DNA from: Corallochytrium limacisporum Hawaii
Lineage: Eukaryota > Protista > Pluriformea
Assembly (NCBI GenBank): GCA_002811645.1
Contig: PDIP01000004.1
Span: 124,001-188,000, forward strand
DNA: 64,000 bases
Reading direction: 5' to 3'
Shown: positions 30,241 to 44,683 of the stretch, piece by piece
Numbering within the stretch: the first letter of the stretch is position 1
Layout of the letters: every line of letters starts with the position of its first letter
Program-made: the position numbers and the translations under genes
Notes under the pieces: generated by a model
Database searches by the model: none
Told to the model about the DNA's origin: nothing
What the model saw: only the letters and a program-made list of their open reading frames with translations

Positions 30241-33200
30241 GACATACACCACAAAATCGCGGAACTAAACTCAACGGCCTTCATCATGTCCCACTTTCTT
30301 AAGGGGTGAAAGGGAAATTCAATTGCTAGGAGAGAGCCTCTGACGACGAAGTCCCCCCCTTCTCACTTCCCCCAAAACCCAACACACCCGAAAAAAGACA
30401 AGCCAGGGGGAATATAGGCCAATGAAGACGACCCGCGATGGGGAGGGGAAGGAGGAATCGCAGAAAACTAGAGCCCACTCGTTCTACCCCCCCCCCCCCC
30501 GGGGGGGGGNNNNNNNNNNNNNNNNNNNNNNNNNNNNNNNNNNNNNNNNNNNNNNNNNNNNNNNNNNNNNNNNNNNNNNNNNNNNNNNNNNNNNNNNNNN
30601 NNNNNNNNNNNNNNNNNNNNNNNNNNNNNNNNNNNCCCCCCCCCCCCCCGGGGGGGCGGGGCGGTTCGACTCTTTTGAGTTCGAGCGGTATTCCATACTG
30701 TCTGACCGACACATTTTCGTTTTTACTGTTGGAAAGTTGAACGGAACTGAAGGAACAGTGAGGAGAAAAGCCGGTCCCATGGAAAGCAAGGAGGGGAAGG
30801 GAGAGAGGGAGAGGTGGGCCTATGTGTTGGTGGTGGCGCCAGAAAACTGAAACCAAACAGTGCGTAGAAACACACCTTGAAGAGGCGTATGAGCGATAAG
30901 GAGTGTCACTTACCAACGACACTTTCTTCTTCCACGACAAACCCGCCTTGTAGCACTCCATGTTGAGACGGCCGAACACGGCTCGACGAACAACAGATCG
31001 TGCACAGCTGGAATAAAGTATAGTATGACCCGTAAGCGAATAATCTCTTTGGTGTAGCGCTTGTGGAAAGTTGGTGTGAATCGCATACCAGGTCAACCCT
31101 TTCCCCCTTTCCCCTTGAGAAGAGTGATGACCATGGTGAGCGATGTGACCAAAGGAGGAGCGATCTATACAAAAGACGTGCAGAGTTGTGCCATATGGAA
31201 AATAGGCAGAGGACAGACATACCCGTTTTAACATCTTCGCTCAGAGCAGACGGAGATATGCAAAGGGCAGTACTCTCCGAGCATGTTCGGACCATGTTCT
31301 GAAAACACAGAGAGGGAGAAATGCCCACATAATGGCCTGAAAAGCACCGAGAAAGACTGCAAGGAACAGCGTTTATGCAAGCATTCCTCGGTTTCTTCAG
31401 CTCTCTTACAGCGCTGCGCGTTGCGCGTTTTGGCAGATCTTCGGGTAATGTTATGTAGCATCTCTGTATATCCCCGCACATTGTGTATATACTATTACAA
31501 AGCCCCAAATCGGGTACGTATATTTGTTCCCTGTTTCCTTGCCGCCTCTGTGCCGTGCGCGCACGCGGGCACCCCTTCTCCCTGGCACCGATCACCGGGA
31601 GAGCAGCAAAAGACGATGATTCTTGGTAGCCGATTGCATCCGAAATCCCCATATATTTAGTATATGAAGTGATCCATAGAATCTCTNNNNNNNNNNNNNN
31701 NNNNNNNNNNNNNNNNNNNNNNNNNNNNNNNNNCCCCCCCCCCCCCCCAAACAGAGGGTTTTCGGCCGGACATAAGCGCGGAAGGGAGCCCATAGAATGT
31801 TGGCCGTGCTGAGAGCTGCCCCTCACACTTTAAAATTGTCCCCGGTCATTTTCCGTGACCTCACAACTCCTTATGTTCAGTACTGTAGCAGTCGCTTGGT
31901 AATAATACGCGAGGGGGGTGGGGAGGCGGGAGCGGTTGGGGGAGGGGGGGAAATTGTTGTATGAACGTAATTTGTGGGGGCAGATGGACTGGACGAGGAA
32001 ATGGTCAAGATCAGTACAGGACGGTAACAATGGGAGATGTCCGAAGGGACCGGCTGAATATGGTCCATGTATTTTATATAGCGAAAAACCGGCGGCGTGC
32101 TGGTATCCAGAGTGGGGGGATGCCAGGGCTTGTGCGGGATTGTGTGGCAACGGGTCCTCCAACAAGGGAGATTGGAGATCAATGTTCATAGTGAAGATAC
32201 TGACATCTAGAAAGGCATCAGCGGTAAACAGATTAGCCAAAGCTCAGGGGTTGGCAGCAGCGTAGACTTCTTTTGCACGAATTGTGGAATCACCAACCGC
32301 CAGTTCCAATCTTACCTGCCTCTGTATCGTTTGCTCCCCTTACATCATACGAAGATACTCAATATGTTCAAGTCCTCGTAAACAATGAGAGTGTAATGAA
32401 CAAACCATCTGGATGATGGGCCCGCAGTCATACCTTCCACCAGCATACCCAACCTGTGTTTCTTTCCATCAATTAAGGGTGCGCACAATCGCAAAGAACC
32501 TGTTCATAAAAGACATGTGACACCGGCCGGTTCCGCCGGGTCCAATTGCAAATCGCCAGATTGACATACAGCGAATGGGAACAGCTTTCGAAAGAAGACC
32601 CATGTAGGACAACCTTTGTTTATCTGGTAATGAAAAACTCCATTCTGGACGGCAGCTTTCAATGTACCGAGCGATAGTTCATATCAAGGTCTCGCTGTGC
32701 TTAGATCACAGTTCCCTATCTACGTTATTGCCAGACTGTTTGCCTGCTGGGGGACCGAGTGCATTCGTATTGCGTATTCTAGCGTTCCAGCCAGCCCCTT
32801 TCACGAACACATCCCATTCCAACGTGCATGTGTACACAAGGCATTCTACAGTTACTGTGTCACTTCCCGCTGACTTTTGGTAGAATAAACAACGGATGGA
32901 GGAAGCTCAGACCACCATGGTACAAAGATGGACGAGAAGAGCAGTACGCATTCCATTTGTGCAGGACATGGAGCCACTATGTGCGATGTCAAGCGTCGAG
33001 TCGACACTCAGCACTGAGGGGAACGGTCGGAACCGGCCAGCTGCTGGCTCCGGTCGGGTCCCTTAGTTCGTCATCATCATGGGACCAGATCAGCAGCAGA
33101 CACCAGCAGTTGCAATCGCTACTAGCCACTACAGCTGCTAGTAGCCACTGCTTGTGTTGCATGTAGTTAGTGTGCTTGCGTAGTTGTCGGGGTTGAGAAG

Positions 33201-35599
33201 ATCTCATCCATCCCGAACCGGACTTGTCTTGGAACTGTGCCCATAGTCTCGGACACACAGCTAGGCACAGACACACTTCAACCCCGACAATACTGCAAGA
33301 TACATATGATGCTCACGGACAGCAGGATTCTGCTCATTCAAATCGACCATTGTCGAATTTCCTACGATGAGGGGCACCAGACAATAAGGAGGGACGGGCC
33401 CCCTTCTGAATTTCCCTTATTCTTCTACATTGTCGCTTCAAAACTCTAGGTTTCGAAAAACGTCGAGCTTGATTTCGGATGCGTGCTCAAGAGAGCATAC
33501 AGTGCGTATCAAGTAGGCGGGTCTGTCATTCCCATGCAAGGGCTTTGCGGGATCCGTATTGGACAAGAAAGTGACTCTGAGCGTCTTACCGTGTGTGGGT
33601 GGTTCTTCCCTCCCAAGATGTCCCGGACATGCTGGGCATCGTGGGGAATTCATTTCTTTAAGCCACAGGATTTGCCAACCTTGCTCGGTCTACCAGAGGG
33701 GCGAAGACCTATCTTTTAAATGTCCCAATCCTTCTGTGATAGATCGCATTGTATTCCCCATAGCTGGCTTTGGCTATTGGACAGGATGACCAAGCATCTT
33801 CGCGTTGGATAGAAGAGTACTGCAGGGAGCAGAAGAAGATGAGCTGTGGATGCTCGTGGCAGTCTTGTCGGCTTACCTTCGTACGATTGCAAGCTCGGGA
33901 ATTCCCCATACTTGTCCAGGTCGCCAACGAACCAAGCCATAAATCCCCCCTGTATCCCCACCGCCCTACCCTAATTAGTACCCCCCAGCCACGGTCGCCT
34001 CATACTTCCCTCTCTCTCTCTCTCCTAGTCTCTGATCGTCCCCTTCTTTCTCGCCTTCTGGAACTCCCCCCATACCTCCTTCCGTTCTCCCAGAATCGGC
34101 TCTCTTTCTCGGGATATGTCCCAAATTGCTCTGCGATCTTCCGTACTGCACAGCACATCCTTCAAGAACCCGCCTTTAAATCCCTGAATTGACGAACCAA
34201 AACCCCCCCCCACCCTCCGTTCCTTCTTATTCCCCGTGCTGGGGACGCTTTCGGAGACGAGGTGAACTGAGAAGGAAACACAAGATTCGCTGTGAGTCAA
34301 AAAGTCGGCAGGGCAAATGCACGAGCTCTTCTTCAACCCGGGGTGTTAGATTTCATATATTCAAATCAATAAATCAATGTCGTCTAAATCTAGTCTTTAT
34401 GTAAAAGCATTTCATCGATCATCACAGGTTTTGAATTCCTTCACACATTTGCCGCCTTGGAAATATGTGATTCAAATTGAAGATTCTGAATCCCCGTTCT
34501 CGACCGGGTCCGTTTACGAAGTGGCGTTCATATCTACCAGAGTGAACGTAGGATATCTGCCGGTCGCGAAGATGAGCTAGAGCTGGGTATCTGCACTCCG
34601 GGAGATAATCTAAAAAGCAGCGTTTGTAAAGAGGCAGATTTTGGACTGCTTAGTTGGAAAATACGACCATGCGAGATATTCTACAACTGAAAGCGCGGGG
34701 TCATGATGACGAAATCGTGCCCATCAGTCTGCGAAGCATGCAAGCAAACATAGGCACACAGGTCCAGAAACTGTTGGGGGGGGGNNNNNNNNNNNNNNNN
34801 NNNNNNNNNNNNNNNNNNNNNNNNNNNNNNNNNNNNNNNNNNNNNNNNNNNNNNNNNNNNNNNNNNNNNNNNNNNNNNNNNNNNNNNNNNNNNNNNNNNN
34901 NNNNNNNNNNNNNNNNNNNNNNNNNNNNNNNNNNNNNNNNNNNNNNNNNNNNNNNNNNNNNNNNNNNNNNNNNNNNNNNNNNNNNNNNNNNNNNNNNNNN
35001 NNGGGGGGGGAGGGGAGGGGGGACGTATTCAAAGAAGAGATACGGCTGGTGGTAGAGATAGCAAGACATACAAATTTTCTTGTCCCAGGGTGGAGGGGGG
35101 GGGGGGGATTGGGCTTTTGGACAAAGTATCTCCCCCTTCTCGCTGTGCAGAAGGGAGAACCCAAGCGGCCTTTGTTCAGGGAGTTTTTCGGTGCGGTCCG
35201 TGGCGGGGGCTGCTGGTATCCCGGGCAGGCCGTCATAAAAAATCGATGAAAATACCTGGGAGCAAAGCGGAGGAGAGATAAGCGAGAAGGTCTGACTTCT
35301 CGGGCCCGGTCGGGACGCGGAGCTGACAAGCGACGCGAAAATTACAAAATGGGGCCCTTTGTGTATACCCGGTGAATGGGGATTTATGCAGGAAACGGAA
35401 GAAAGAAACCCGGTTACACGAAGACGTGCCGCAACCAAACCCACGATCACCGGCGAAATCATGTACCCCCGAGACGAAGTCCTAGCCTGACAGTGCGGAA
35501 GGTACTCCTGCCTGAGAAAAAGACGGCCGACCTGAATCAAGTCAATTTCAAGCAACTAGACAAGCGAAAGAGCCACAGTCCTCGAAGACGAGTCCCCGT

Positions 35600-36705
35600 G
35601 ATTGTGAGAAGAAAGAGATAACCTCATCGTTACCACGGTAGACATACGTAGCACTACTCCGGTACGGGTGAAACGAGAAGCAAAGATGGGCCCTGCCAGA
35701 AAGCCACACTGTCAATCCCGAGGCAAATCCTTGCCGCCGCAGCGATCTGGAGGAGGAGCCAAGACAACCAGCCGGTAAAACTGGACTCCTGATTTCAGTG
35801 TGGAGAGCTCTCTGTGCTGTGGAGAGCTACGTGCGGTCCAAATGAACCTGCTGAGCAGCGTTGACGCGATGAACATTATCGTATCATGGCCCGAGATCGA
35901 AGAACGGCAGCTGTACATCGCCGTCGGCGAGTGGCCCTGGCCAACTCTTTGTGCAGCTCTCCATGGCCTCAACCGTGCTGCCAAGGTTGTGATGTGGCAC
36001 TTTCAATACGAAACAGAGGTTCCCTCTGGGCCCAACCCCCCCAAAACCCCCTGGCCTCCCCGGGCGCCTGCTCTCAAACTTGCCACCCTCCGCATTCGGG
36101 GCGCCAAAGAAGGTTCGTGGTGAGCTGGCAGTCGAGATCGTCAACCTCCATAATACGGGAATGGATTCGTAGTAGCGCCGTGAGCAAGTGAACATTTGAG
36201 TTGCGAAAGTTTGCTGCGTGCATGGGATGAGATGCTGAGCAAAATACTGAAAAAGATAGGGGGACCGAATGGAGATTTTGCGACTGTTTGTGAACATCAC
36301 AATAAGCCACTGACACCGGTTCGCGATATAATTGCCAATCTGTTTCGTTTCGCGGAGCAAAATTTGTGCACGATCACTCTTTTGACCGAATGGCCATCGT
36401 AAAGTTTGACAGGTGCGCACTGTGCACTCCTCATGCGAGCATCCGAAAGATCCACATCCGGTGCTGCCCCAGAAATACCGGATCTGCAGGTTCAACAAAC
36501 CCGCCCCGCGTCATGTGCCAAGCGGGTCAATCTCAGTGGTTGTTTGATGAAACTCACCTGGCAAATGCCCCATTGGAGCAGGAATAGGGAGGATTTATCC
36601 AGAATAAGAAAATTGGTGATTCTTTATGACATATATTGCGGTCTACTCGTGCGGGTCAGTAAAGATCATCTCAGTTGGAGCTATATACTTTCTAAGTGGA
36701 TGTGA
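35600..36705 (+). pseudogene. Possible decayed coding sequence
   Basis: ORF-track fragments 35800, 36196 and 36406 are in the same frame, separated by a few stops. No family recognised. Confidence 0.2.
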
Positions 36706-36789
36706 AGAGTTGAACATGAGGGCGAACTGTTGAGAGGTACTGTGATGATCGTTGTTTGTACAATTTTGACAAACCTAGAACCACACGAA

Positions 36790-38532
36790 TTACTCTTGTT
36801 CGGTGTGGGTTTTTGTAGCAGCCTGGCCCTTGGGGGCGCCGCATGTACACTTGCTGCTCATCCTGTCCAGGGCCTCAACAGTGCTGGAGGCCCAGTTTCG
36901 CATGGGATACCAAGAGAGATCCTGTAGCCAAGAGGGCATCTTCTCCATGTGGTGCTTGCGCCCGTGGTGGACACCAATATGAACCAGCACGATCAGCACA
37001 ACGGGAACAACGACACCAGTGAAGACCTCCCAGCCAGCCAGGGACAGGCCAAAGAGGGCAGCGGGGATGATTAGGAAGGTGGTAAGAATATAGAACAGAG
37101 GGAACCAACGGTATTTGGCGGTAATGTTACCCATCTTACGGGCGGCGCTAATGGGAATATTGCGCATCACAGGCAGAGGATACCAGATCAGGATACCAAT
37201 GAGGTTGAACCACAGATGGGTGAAGGCCAAGACCAGAGAGTTCTCAATGGCCTCGCCACCGTCCTGAGACAGAGCAGCCAAGATAGAGGTGAACGTGGTA
37301 CCCACATTAGATCCGAGCGTCATGGGGTACATCTTCTCCAGAGACAGAATACCGATGGCGACGAAAGGCACAAAGGAAGACGTGAAGACGGAGGAAGACT
37401 GCAACAGAATGGTGCCACCCAGACCGAACAACATGAGGACGTAGCCGTGGACCCAGCCGAAGGGATGAGGGAAGTCAGCGTTGAGCAGGACACGAGTGTA
37501 GTGGGCAATGCGGCCCTTCAGCAGAGACTGCAGCACCTTGACAACAAGAATCAGGGAACCAGACAACATGAAGAGGGCGAGGAGAAGGGTCAAAACACCT
37601 TGGGTGACATCATCAGACTGTGAGCAGGTAGGTTCATAGGTGTCGGGGTCACAGCTGGGGTCAGACTCACAACTGTCCTCCAATGACTTGATACACTCGC
37701 CTGCCCAGTCGCACCAGATGGATTCCTCAACCATGCACTGTTCACGGAGGGCATCAGCCTCTTCCGTGGTATCAGCCTTGGCAATTTCAGTGATCAATTT
37801 CTTGTTGACCTGAACAATCTTCTCAGTAACAGGCTTGGTCAGTTTGTTCAGGAAATCGACATCTTCCGTCTGAGAATCATCGGTGATGTTAAAAGAATCA
37901 ACCATAGCCTCACACATGAGACCAAGGAAGTTAGTGGCAGCCTGGATAGGCAACAGGACCAGCACGTTCAAGAAGTTGAACAAGTCGTGGACTGTAGAAC
38001 CGGCAAAGGCACGGCGGAACTCGTTGGGATCACCAACGTGACCCATGGACACAATGGTATTGGTGACAGAAGTACCAATGTTAGCACCCATGATCATGGG
38101 AACGGCCTGGCGAAGAGTCATCAGATCGGCACCACGCATAGAAACAATAATAGAGGTGGAAGTGGAAGAAGACTGGACCAGGACAGTGACGAGAATACCC
38201 AGCATGAGACCGGCGATGGGGTTGTCGAAGATGTCAGACTCACGGAAGGCGGAGCCGGCAGTCTTGGAACCGAGGATCTTGAAAGCATCGGACAAAAGAC
38301 CGAGAGCAATGATAAAGATGTACAGAAAACCAATGACCAGACAGAGCTTCATCAGAGCCTCAAAGAGACGCATGAACTTGCCCTTGGTATCAAGATCACT
38401 CCAGGGAGTGCCCAATTCGGAGTGGAAGGCAACGTGCCAGGGATCTTCCTCCTCCAGGTCCTCCTTGGTCTTGTCGTCGGTGGCCGGCACAGAGTACATG
38501 TCCACCACCTCAACTTCAGCTTGGGGCGCCAT
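36790..38532 (-). CDS. SLC34: Sodium-dependent phosphate cotransporter NaPi-II, copy 2
   Basis: Same motifs as copy 1. Start set at ATG 38532 (MAPQAE) by alignment with the paralogs. Confidence 0.95.
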   Translation of the reverse strand: MAPQAEVEVVDMYSVPATDDKTKEDLEEEDPWHVAFHSELGTPWSDLDTKGKFMRLFEALMKLCLVIGFLYIFIIALGLLSDAFKILGSKTAGSAFRESDIFDNPIAGLMLGILVTVLVQSSSTSTSIIVSMRGADLMTLRQAVPMIMGANIGTSVTNTIVSMGHVGDPNEFRRAFAGSTVHDLFNFLNVLVLLPIQAATNFLGLMCEAMVDSFNITDDSQTEDVDFLNKLTKPVTEKIVQVNKKLITEIAKADTTEEADALREQCMVEESIWCDWAGECIKSLEDSCESDPSCDPDTYEPTCSQSDDVTQGVLTLLLALFMLSGSLILVVKVLQSLLKGRIAHYTRVLLNADFPHPFGWVHGYVLMLFGLGGTILLQSSSVFTSSFVPFVAIGILSLEKMYPMTLGSNVGTTFTSILAALSQDGGEAIENSLVLAFTHLWFNLIGILIWYPLPVMRNIPISAARKMGNITAKYRWFPLFYILTTFLIIPAALFGLSLAGWEVFTGVVVPVVLIVLVHIGVHHGRKHHMEKMPSWLQDLSWYPMRNWASSTVEALDRMSSKCTCGAPKGQAATKTHTEQE

Positions 38533-38680
38533 GTTTGATTTTCTGTTAAAGTCTTTCCTTAACGGAAGTAGCTGATTCTGATGGTGAGTTTTTGTGGACT
38601 TCCATATGTCCAAGAACTAGTGTATTGAGCTGTGGCCATCGTGCCTTGAACCTTCAATTGTTCAGAGATCTCATTTCTTC

Positions 38681-38690
38681 TTAAATACCC
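38681..38690 (-). promoter_or_regulatory. Conserved GGGTATTTAA element upstream of SLC34 copy 2
   Basis: + strand TTAAATACCC about 149 bp upstream of ATG 38532. Confidence 0.65.
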
Positions 38691-41600
38691 GGGATGGATA
38701 GAGCTTATCTCGTATACTTCCCCATTGTTTAGCTAGTTGGTGACGCGTTGGTGAGGAAACGCGCCCATACGAGTTTCGAATCTCTATCAGCCATGGCGCA
38801 AACCTTCCATTTATCCCCCCAAGATTGGATTCACCCAAGCTCGGGAAAAGCCCCAAGGGTGAGGTACCATTGCCCCCTTACACAGCCACAGCATCCGCTG
38901 TCATCCAGGGATATATTACAAGCGCAATAAAGGCCTTACTCATCTTTCATCTTTGACGACGCTTTGGATGGGTCCTCATATCCAATCTCACTGCGTGGCT
39001 GTCCACTTCATCGAAGACCTCCTTTTGGTCAGTCAGTTGACCTTTTCCCCTCCCCTGAGGGCGGGGCGGGGGTTCGAAGTCTCCGCTTGAGTGCGAACCA
39101 CACGGGGTTCAACAGATTCGCAAGCCGTGAATCTCAATTGCAAACCCGTAGATTAGGAACCCACGAAGGATCCGAGTGACTGATGATACACGTTCCCTGG
39201 AGCATGCAAACAGTCCTGTTCAATCTGGTGTTGGACCAGCACATGCCCTATCCAAGACCTTCCCCTTCCTCGCGGACTTCTATGCAAACACTCTTATGCT
39301 CATTTAAGTTCCGGCTAATGATTACGAAGTGCAAACCATAGTTAAGGTGTGGGGATGTGACAGAGATGGACAGCTCTCGAAGACATATCCTTATCCATCT
39401 TGCCCGTCTCTGCAAAGGGCCGTCAGGGTCGTTTGTGTGACGGAGGTTATGTCATGGCCCATGCCCTTCGCGCACAGAGGCTCCGTGCTGCAACTGCTGC
39501 TTCCACCCGCCCACCAAACTTCCGAACGGTTACACACACGGGTCCACCCCACCCCCCCCCCTCCTTTGGCTTTTCCCGGCCCCCCATCATTTTTTTTTCC
39601 TATATTATAATATCTCCCCTTTCTCCGCGAAAAGCCCGTTCCGGACCTTCGGGGCCATCCTGGCGGGACCTTACCATCTCTGTCTAGAGACAGAAGTCCT
39701 TACAGCTCTGTGTATTGCGGATGGTAGGGACAGGGTGTGTACCGTCTGTAGGTCTAAGTGGTTGTGGTGGTGATGATCCTGATGGAGCAAGGAGTTCTGA
39801 AAATTTTATGTATGGGCACATCCTCCTTTGGTTTCTACTTGGACATAGTGAAATCCATTGGGTGATGCCCATGCATTCATTGGTGATGCTGAGTGTAGGG
39901 TTTGGATTCAACGTCTACCAGCCTTGTTTGGGAATCGCGGTGCATTGTGTGATGAGAAGACACGGGCGCGTAGCTTCGGACACGGGGATGGTGACCAACA
40001 CGTTTTGATACCGTTGAGGGATGTACATACGATGCCCATCCAAGAGACACTTTTAAGTGGCGGCGGTGAGTCTTTCAGTTCCTTGATTACCGTCAGAAAC
40101 ATCACAGTACCGGCCCCTGGCTCTCATCCGCCTTTCCCCACATGAACCTACCATGTGTCTTGTGAACAAACAGAATAGGAGTGGGCGAGCGGGACCAAGT
40201 TTTAAAGCACCGTTCGATGTCCCCCGTTCAAGGACTGTAATTTTGAGGTATCTATCGATCAGTAGCCTGGCTTCAACTGCATCCTTTCTTGACATGGGAG
40301 CTGCTGGTTGATGTCGTGCCACGGTGTGGCATCACTGATCCCTTGTTGCGTGGTTAGTTTGTGGTGTACTCTTCCCTCCTTTCTCCTCCTTCCTCCTTTT
40401 TTTTTTTTTTTTTTTTTTGGAATTCATTCCCCAGTGACGGTGGTTTTCCCCATTTTAATCCCTTGCACTCTTGTAGTCCGTCGAGAGTAGAAGAAGTCTT
40501 AAAGCGGAAGAATGAAGAATTCTGTGTCCGCGTGCAAAAGAATGGAGAAGGACGACGAAGATGCGCGGTCGAGTCTCCTTGTCCCCTATCAATTGCGATG
40601 GTACTGCGGACACACTCTCTGTAGTGCAAGCATCCGCTGGTATAGGAAAGACTGGGATGTTATGCACAGGCTCAGGATGATGTTTCCATGCTTAGATTGA
40701 CGACGTGATCATAGTCACTTGAAAGAAGGGTGGTCGCGTAGGATATATGTGCCGGGTGCCTGACGTTCGTTCGCATCCACCCCACCCGCGGTTCCGAGAT
40801 TAACTGTTCCTTGTGTTTCAACTTCCGTTTGTGCCCGTTCGCTCGTTCCAGCTTCTTTTCACAATACCGAATCTGCACGGACCTAGTGTGTGCCTTTTGT
40901 CAATGCGTCGCCGCCGGATCGCGCACAGCAAGAATTTAGTGGACACGTCCGGGCAACTGGGCTTTACGGGAGATTTCCGCGTGGAAAGGTCGGCCCCAAA
41001 GACTTCGGACACGAACAGCGGTATTGGGGGAGCTTTTAAACCCCCCCCCCCCCTCTTTGCCCCCCCTTCCCGACGCCCCTGAACCCCGGGGGTAGGAAAA
41101 TACAGGGCTGAGCAATGGCTGTCCTGTACAGTGTGATATGTGGTCAATCTGTTTACGTATTTTTTTGTCCTAGTGTGGCTTGACCTGCAGCGCTGGAGGA
41201 CAAAGCGGAGGAACTCCCCGCCCGGGGAGGGGGGGGGAAGGAGAACCAACTCTGCCCCCCCCCCCCCCAAAAAAAAAAAAAANNNNNNNNNNNNNNNNNN
41301 NNNNNNNNNNNNNNNNNNNNNNNNNNNNNCGGCCCCAAAGACTTCGGACACGAACAGCGGTATTGGGGGAGCTTTTAAACACCCCCCCCCCAAATAAAAG
41401 TAAAACAAAAAGAAATCTTGGAAGTGTAATATGGCTGGTAGACAGTAGTACCAAATCCATAGTGACCGACCCTAACCCGCTTCGGGCCAATCGCTGAATT
41501 ACAACTTTCAAAATTCACTTTCCTTCAGACGTTGTCGCGGCTGACGTGGTCGACACGCTTCAGGATGAAGCTGATTAGGAGAGTTTTTTTTTTCCTTCGT

Positions 41601-44600
41601 CTTTTACACCTTATCACAGAGGTGCAGGGCCGGGCATCAGTGGTAGTAGATGTGTGAGTGAAGACTACGACGACTTTTTACTGATAGTGCCCGGCGAAAA
41701 GCAGAGCGCCTCGGCTACTTGAAGGAATTTTACTCCCTGATTCTGGTACTACCTTGCCTGTTTCGGGGTTTCCCTGGTTCTTCCCCTTCCCGCCCCCTCT
41801 ACGGCAGATGTGACTGATCGATTAGGGTGACGGAACAAACTGTCCCAAAAGACAGGCGATATTGGAACGGACGGAAGGAAACGGAAGGATTGGCGAAGCC
41901 AAGGGGCAGATGTGAACGGATTACGGAGCTGCAAGGACATCGTATACAAAACTTGCCATCCGTCCAATGAGGCAGCGGATGGAGAGCACACAACGGGGTT
42001 GGGACACCACCGGGATGAGGTGGTGTACGCGGACACGCAGCTAACGTATACCATGCGCGGAACGACGGGATCAAAAACCTGCTGTCGAGGAATTAGGTAC
42101 ACGCGGTACGCCATCTCGGCAGCGTGCTTTGTGGAAAATGATAGATTTAATGATACGGCGGAGCAAATGATTGTGCATTTCGGCAGAGGCGGGAACCCCC
42201 CCCCCATTTTTGCTTGGGGAGGAGTTGCGACCTTGGTTCCGAAATGTTGATACTTCCCCCTTATCTCCCCCCAGCGAAGCAATAGAAGAAAGAAAAAAGG
42301 GGAGGGGAGGGGAGAGAAGGAGGCGGAGGAGGACGAGGTTGTCCTTCCCCGCGAATAAGATGCTATCCCTTTTCTGTGGTGTGAATGCGGAATTCATTCC
42401 TCTGTTGATATGCGCCCAGTTTACTTCCTTTAGCAGGGAGTCATTTCAATACTGAAATCACTGGGATTTTGTGACGTGTGAAGGAACGGAGATATTAGGT
42501 CACACGGACATGCTCCAAACCTTGTGGAAACGCAATCACAGACAACTCGTGTCGTGTTTTCCATGCTTGTGGTACCTTACCCTCATTTCTTACCATCCGG
42601 CCACTACTGACAAGTAGGCCGTAGTGTCTCTTTTTTCTTTCACCGGGGAAGGAAGGACAAATTCGGGTCGGTGAGCACATACAACGTAGGTTCCGTCGGA
42701 CACAGAGCTAATAAGGGATAAACTGTGCTTTATCAATTTTGCTATCAGACTTCCCCTTCACATAGACTGACAGCCTCGCGGAGACGAAACCATTAACATG
42801 AACAGCTCTGCCCAATATTGTTCTTTACTAGGGTCGATTTCTTAGCATATCATGTGTGTTGAGCCATTTCTCAATTAAACAGAGTTTCCGTTTGCTCCAC
42901 CTCAATTGCCCCTCTACTGCCGTATGGTCTTAGGAGCAACGGACATAGATTATTGAGAAGAAATGGACTATAGACCGTGTCCTGCAAAGACATTCGAAAC
43001 TAACTGCAGGGATGTAACAGAATCGGGATGGCAAACGTACGTCCGCCCCAACAAAGTTTCTTGTGAACGGTGTTCGGAAATTCTTCTGCGCACCACATCC
43101 TCAAGGTTTCGGCATGGAAGCGCGTCCTTAGATCTGGTTTCCATACTGTCAAAGCGGAGTTTTGGGGGTTGCGGTTGTTCTACAGCCCATGCATTCGATG
43201 CAAACATGCAACACTTTTGGTTAACTCCCAATAGCACGCACGGGGGCAACGGACCAGAAGACGTTAACGGGCCACACCCAATATCTATACATCCATAATC
43301 GTTGGTGAACGTCAAGAACATCAAGGTGTTGATAAGCCCATGGTCACCGTTTGGCCCGGACCGTATTGTCTGCTCCAACTGCTTCATCAACCACACCGTC
43401 ACAGGAGATACCGCCGTTGGAGATGGCTTAGAGAGATGGGAGCGAACTCTGTTCCTGGCGACACCGTGCGCACCTCTAAACCAGTCAGGTATGCATTGGG
43501 GAACTATATACACCTCATATGGGAAGAAAACGTATCCAAGCACTGAATCTATGGGGATATTTAGATCGCATTGCGTTTGCCTCGCCAGGCCGCCAGTGCC
43601 CAGTGGCCCAGGTACTGGCCAGCTGAAAAAAAAAACAGGTGTGGGCTGCTGGCCCGTGGGAAGAAAGTTTAGGCCATTCAGTACCGGGAGCTTCGGGCAT
43701 TCGTCCACCGGGGAGCTCTCGTGTTTCTTCTTGCAGGTGAGCCAGACCAAAAAGTAAAAAAACCGGGTAAAGGTCGCGCCCGTGGGTGATGTGTTTTTGG
43801 GCAGGGGAGTATGTGTTTACGTAATATGGGCAGCGCGGAGTGTTGGCGCATGGTGTGTCTAACTCGCAATCTAGCTAAGGTAAAAGCTTTGCCCCGTGTG
43901 ACTCTGGCAATCGATTGCATGCACCGTACTGAATCTAGCTGATGAACAAGGGCTCTATTAGGGCCAGCAGTTATTGGAGGAAAGAGTCCCGCTTAGCGGA
44001 CACAATTTGCGCTTCGACTGCGTGGGATCAATGAAGTGATCACATTCCAGTGCCGCATAGGATACTTCGCCTTCGGTGTTACGCTTACTTGCTTAAACAT
44101 GGTACCAGCGTTTAGTAGGGAACGGATTGAGTATGCAATCAAACTGTGTTAACATGTCCAAAGGAGGCAACGGTACTATATTGGGTACTGGGCTATGTGA
44201 GACTGAAGTTGTCATGGATCGCACACCTCGAGCGGTCGATGATATTCAACATTGTCGTAGCCCAAACCTACGGAGGGGAGGTCTGAAAATCATGGGCCAT
44301 GTTTGGTGACAGGTCTCCATCAATGCGTCTCCATGGTGGCTCCCCATTGGACAAGCCTTGTGGGATCGGGATGGATGCGCATTTAATGGCTGTAGGGACA
44401 CGAATTAAGTTAAGTGTAGGACTAGGGGGATTCCCGAGGATATACGTATACTTATGGATATAGTGGGGATACTGGGGGCAATCTCGTCGCTTTCCGGCTG
44501 GTCTATTCATGGTTCGTACCAATTGTGTGAATATGACATGTCTTTAATGATGGATGATGATGTAAATCGGGAGAGCGATTGAACTCTGTGGTCCAAAGTC

Positions 44601-44683
44601 GTTAAACTTGAAGGGATGGAAAAAAGATGAGTAAAGAAATGAATGTTAATGGTTTTCGAAAGTAATTGATACTAGGCAATCAC

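Noticed and set aside
40991-41380. About 50-bp exact repeat (40991-41040 and 41330-41379)
   Set aside because: The second copy starts at a gap edge and both end in poly-C. Likely a scaffolding artefact, not a CRISPR or LTR.
42968-43757. 260-aa minus-strand ORF and overlapping plus-strand ORFs
   Set aside because: No ATG at the annotated start, no recognisable motif, and no host-like codon bias.
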